Source: Macrostomum lignano (lineage: Eukaryota). From it: a DNA stretch of 62,083 bases. Numbering within the stretch: the first letter of the stretch is position 1; each line of letters starts with the position of its first letter. The notes beneath the pieces are model-generated. The model did no database searches. It was not told the origin of the DNA and was given only the letters and a program-made list of their open reading frames with translations. Position numbers and translations under genes: made by a program. The DNA lies in the NCBI GenBank assembly GCA_002269645.1, contig NIVC01002103.1:1-62083 (forward strand), given 5' to 3'. This document shows, one piece after another, positions 60,201 through 62,083 of this stretch.

Positions 60201-62083
60201 CGAAAGAGCTCGCTTCGCTCGCTCTTTCTCGCTATCTACTATCTATAGCCAGGACCTGCACCGGAGCGGTTACGAAAATTAGATTTCTCGGTAGTTGCAC
60301 GTACTCTTTTGCACTACTTGAGTAGTCTGATTTTCGTTCGGCATGGCTGGTTCCAGCAGGTAGTTCCTCTGGATAAAAGCGCTTACCGCGCCCATTGGCT
60401 TTCCAGCTGCCTTAATCGTTTCCGGTGATCTTGTGTGCGTGCTTTCAGCTTGATTGGCTGCGGCAAGCAAGCTCGAAAGAGCTCGCTTCGCTCGCTCTTT
60501 CTCGCTATCTACTATCTATAGCCAGGACCTGCACCGGAGCGGTTACGAAAATTAGATTTCTCGGTAGTTGCACGTACTCTTTTGCACTACTTGAGTAGTC
60601 TGATTTTCGTTCGGCATGGCTGGTTCCAGCAGGTAGTTCCTCTGGATAAAGCGCTTACCGCGCCCATTGGCTTTCCAGCTGCCTTAATCGTTTCCGGTGA
60701 TCTTGTGTGCGTGCTTTCAGCTTGATTGGCTGCGCAAGCAAGCTCGAAAGAGCTCGCTTCGCTCGCTCTTTCTCGCTATCTACTATCTATAGCCAGGACC
60801 TGCACCGGAGCGGTTACGAAAATTAGATTTCTCGGTAGTTGCACGTACTCTTTTGCACTACTTGAGTAGTCTGATTTTCGTTCGGCATGGCTGGTTCCAG
60901 CAGGTAGTTCCTCTGGATAAAAGCGCTTACCGCGCCCATTGGCTTTCCAGCTGCCTTAATCGTTTCCGGTGATCTTGTGTGCGTGCTTTCAGCTTGATTG
61001 GCTGCGGCAAGCAAGCTCGAAAGAGCTCGCTTCGCTCGCTCTTTCTCGCTATCTACTATCTATAGCCAGGACCTGCACCGGAGCGGTTACGAAAATTAGA
61101 TTTCTCGGTAGTTGCACGTACTCTTTTGCACTACTTGAGTAGTCTGATTTTCGTTCGCATGGCTGGTTCCAGCAGGTAGTTCCTCTGGATAAAAGCGCTT
61201 ACCGCGCCCATTGGCTTTCCAGCTGCCTTAATCGTTTCCGGTGATCTTGTGTGCGTGCTTTCAGCTTGATTGGCTGCGGCAAGCAAGCTCGAAAGAGCTC
61301 GCTTCGCTCGCTCTTTCTCGCTATCTACTATCTATAGCCAGGACCTGCACCGGAGCGGTTACGAAAATTAGATTTCTCGGTAGTTGCACGTACTCTTTTG
61401 CACTACTTGAGTAGTCTGATTTTCGTTCGGCATGGCTGGTTCCAGCAGGTAGTTCCTCTGGATAAAAGCGCTTACCGCGCCCATTGGCTTTCCAGCTGCC
61501 TTAATCGTTTCCGGTGATCTTGTGTGCGTGCTTTCAGCTTGATTGGCTGCGGCAAGCAAGCTCGAAAGAGCTCGCTTCGCTCGCTCTTTCTCGCTATCTA
61601 CTATCTATAGCCAGGACCTGCACCGGAGCGGTTACGAAAATTAGATTTCTCGGTAGTTGCACGTACTCTTTTGCACTACTTGAGTAGTCTGATTTTCGTT
61701 CGGCATGGCTGGTTCCAGCAGGTAGTTCCTCTGGATAAAAGCGCTTACCGCGCCCATTGGCTTTCCAGCTGCCTTAATCGTTTCCGGTGATCTTGTGTGC
61801 GTGCTTTCAGCTTGATTGGCTGCGGCAAGCAAGCTCGAAAGAGCTCGCTTCGCTCGCTCTTTCTCGCTATCTACTATCTATAGCCAGGACCTGCACCGGA
61901 GCGGTTACGAAAATTAGATTTCTCGGTAGTTGCACGTACTCTTTTGCACTACTTGAGTAGTCTGATTTTTCGTTCGGCATGGCTGGTTCCAGCGTAGTTC
62001 CTCTGGATAAAGCGCTTACGCGCCCATTGCTTTCAGCTCCTTAATCGTTTCCGTGATCTTGTGTGCGTGCTTTCAGCTTGATT
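57214..62083. repeat. 273-bp tandem array, at least 17.8 near-identical copies, intronic in AlaRS, runs off the window
   Basis: CTCGCTT recurs at 57214, 57487, 57760 and onward. The first ~7 units look identical; later units carry single-base indels. Confidence 0.98.

Noticed and set aside
57284-61832. Repeated 63-aa ORF (MLAAANQAES...)
   Set aside because: It starts at TTG rather than ATG, has no recognisable domain or splice context, and is a by-product of the array.

Overview
This is eukaryotic (metazoan) genomic DNA with GT-AG introns. The density of 15-45 bp minisatellites suggests a flatworm such as Macrostomum, but that is inference only. Spliced genes reconstructed by hand from splice signals and phase: a compact DCAF6-like WD40 protein (- strand, 6913-11246); a DUSP8/16-type MAPK phosphatase (+, 12478-24661) with two extra candidate first exons that carry JIP1-like docking motifs; a Ca2+-independent synaptotagmin (SYT15-like, -, 33227-36735); and the first two coding exons of cytoplasmic alanyl-tRNA synthetase (+, 55469-57102). 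There is also an intronless secreted 8-Cys peptide (-, 2691-3014) and a probable unidentified multi-exon gene (-, ~378-1037). Repeats: about 15 unrelated minisatellite arrays, a split and inverted decayed LINE, an internally deleted mariner with 198-bp TIRs, and a tRNA-head SINE. A 273-bp tandem array (at least 17.8 copies) fills the AlaRS intron to the end of the window; its + strand folds by hand into long G-U-rich hairpins and is the best candidate for an undescribed structured-RNA system. All family assignments come from remembered motifs, not database searches. Most long ORFs in the ORF track are artefacts of the repeats.
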